Origin: an uncultured Roseovarius sp.
GTDB lineage: Bacteria; Pseudomonadota; Alphaproteobacteria; Rhodobacterales; Rhodobacteraceae
Direction of reading: 5' to 3'
Length of the DNA: 64,000 nt
Assembly: GCA_951812895.1 (NCBI GenBank)
Contig: OX638333.1
Span: 112,366-176,365 of the forward strand
Shown here: positions 63,210 through 64,000 of the stretch, piece after piece
Layout: each line of letters begins with the position of its first letter
Position numbering within the stretch: the stretch's first letter is position 1
The notes under the pieces: model-generated
Seen by the model: only the letters and a program-made list of their open reading frames with translations
Databases searched by the model: none
Told to the model about the DNA's origin: nothing
Made by a program: the position numbers and the translations under genes

Positions 63210-64000
63210 ATGACCAAAGAGCGAATTGAAGAACTAACCCCTGAGCAAGAGAAATATCTCCCGGTCTTTCGCGAGGAGTGGCTTCGAATTGGTCTGTCCA
63301 CCAAGAACGTGGATAAAGACGCCTCAACTCACGCGGTTAAGCGGCTATACCAAGCAGGCGGGCTTGATGAGCCGCTGGTAATGCACTTCGACAGTCCGAT
63401 GCAGTGCATTCTGGCAATTCATGTAATGCGCAGCCTTGGCGAAATTTCTGAGGCCAACCTCAGGGACAACCTCGGGGCCAACCTCGGGGCCAACCTCTGG
63501 GACAACCTCTGGGACAACCTCTGGGACAACCTCTGGGACAACCTCGGGGCCAACCTCTGGGACAACCTCAGGGACAACCTCTGGGACAACTTCGGGGACA
63601 ACCTCAGGGCCAACCTCGGGGCCAACCTCTGGGCCAACCTCTGGGACAACCTCTGGGACAACCTCTGGGCCAACCTCAGGGACAACCTCAGGGCCAACCT
63701 CTGGGACAACCTCGGGGACAGGGATTTGTATGTTCCCACGTACTTCTGGGGCAACTTAGATGCCTACTGGATGGCATGGGCAGAGTTCGCGGAAAAGATT
63801 GGTGTTCCAATTGATAAAAAGGAACACTTTCACGCCTACATCGAATTTTCGAAGACCTCAGGCGTCAGTTATTTTTATCCGGGATTCGCGTTTGTCTCAG
63901 ATAGACCAGACTTCATCGGCAAGGACGACCTGACCAGACTCCACTGTGAAACCGGGCCAGCGCTTTCGTTCCGCGACGGATATTCTGTTCACGCATGGCA
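63210..64000 (+). CDS. DUF6745-like protein with tetrapeptide repeats (partial, runs off window)
   Basis: MTKERIEELTPEQEKYLPVFREEW..FDSPMQC; repeats (A/D)NL(W/R/G); RLHCETGPALSFRDGYSVHAW; missing from ORF track. Confidence 0.85.
   Translation, partial: MTKERIEELTPEQEKYLPVFREEWLRIGLSTKNVDKDASTHAVKRLYQAGGLDEPLVMHFDSPMQCILAIHVMRSLGEISEANLRDNLGANLGANLWDNLWDNLWDNLWDNLGANLWDNLRDNLWDNFGDNLRANLGANLWANLWDNLWDNLWANLRDNLRANLWDNLGDRDLYVPTYFWGNLDAYWMAWAEFAEKIGVPIDKKEHFHAYIEFSKTSGVSYFYPGFAFVSDRPDFIGKDDLTRLHCETGPALSFRDGYSVHAW
63453..63716 (+). repeat. 22 x 12-nt coding tandem repeat
   Basis: G(C/A)C-AACCTC-(A/G/T)GG units with one CTC>TTC variant. Confidence 0.95.

Larger units (their letters stand above)
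24511..64000 (-). mobile_element. Prophage 2 (P22-like packaging, siphovirus tail, lambdoid control); continues beyond window; left boundary uncertain (24.5-26.8 kb)
   Basis: Complete lysis-tail-head-terminase-replication-immunity-recombination gene order. Confidence 0.85.

Noticed and set aside
63419-63759. ORF-track proteins 63419-63754 (-) and 63436-63759 (+)
   Set aside because: Shadow frames of the 12-nt repeat; the real gene starts at 63210 in another frame and runs off the window.
1-64000. Integrase or transposase genes
   Set aside because: No tyrosine/serine recombinase or DDE motifs recognised; integrases presumably lie outside the window.

Overview
The window holds two different temperate siphovirus-type genomes, probably prophages of a Rhodobacteraceae/Roseobacter-type host (inferred from gene families and alphaproteobacterial LexA/CtrA-like boxes), meeting tail to tail. 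Prophage 1 (+ strand, <1 to ~24.5 kb) runs from the end of terS through terL, HK97-type portal, ClpP-type protease and capsid, neck and tail genes, tape measure, a tail-operon GNAT, tail tip and fibre, a membrane-anchored GH24 lysozyme and a u-spanin-like gene, ending in a divergent RHH-regulated accessory module. At ~24.3-24.6 kb an att-like junction carries a 16-nt tRNA 3' fragment, two IHF consensus sites and arm-like repeats. An intact type II-like DNA methyltransferase follows, facing a truncated restriction-endonuclease remnant. Prophage 2 (mostly - strand, ~26.8 kb to >64 kb) has lysis, tail and P22-like head/terminase genes, a lambda-like late promoter/terminator, replication genes, two more methyltransferases, a cro/cI switch and an early recombination operon. 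No integrase, complete tRNA, CRISPR array or reverse transcriptase is visible. Most notable: (i) a W..Y..P.LVLDF...FG motif present twice inside the head-closure protein and once at the distal-tail C-terminus, next to a fibre gene that seems to lack it, suggesting a split fibre-docking system; (ii) a LexA-box promoter firing antisense into a cI that lacks an autocleavage domain, with an unannotated 56-aa overlapping ORF; (iii) a dual-frame two-subunit C5 methyltransferase; (iv) an apparently inverted tail-chaperone frameshift. Family assignments come from recalled motifs, not database searches.
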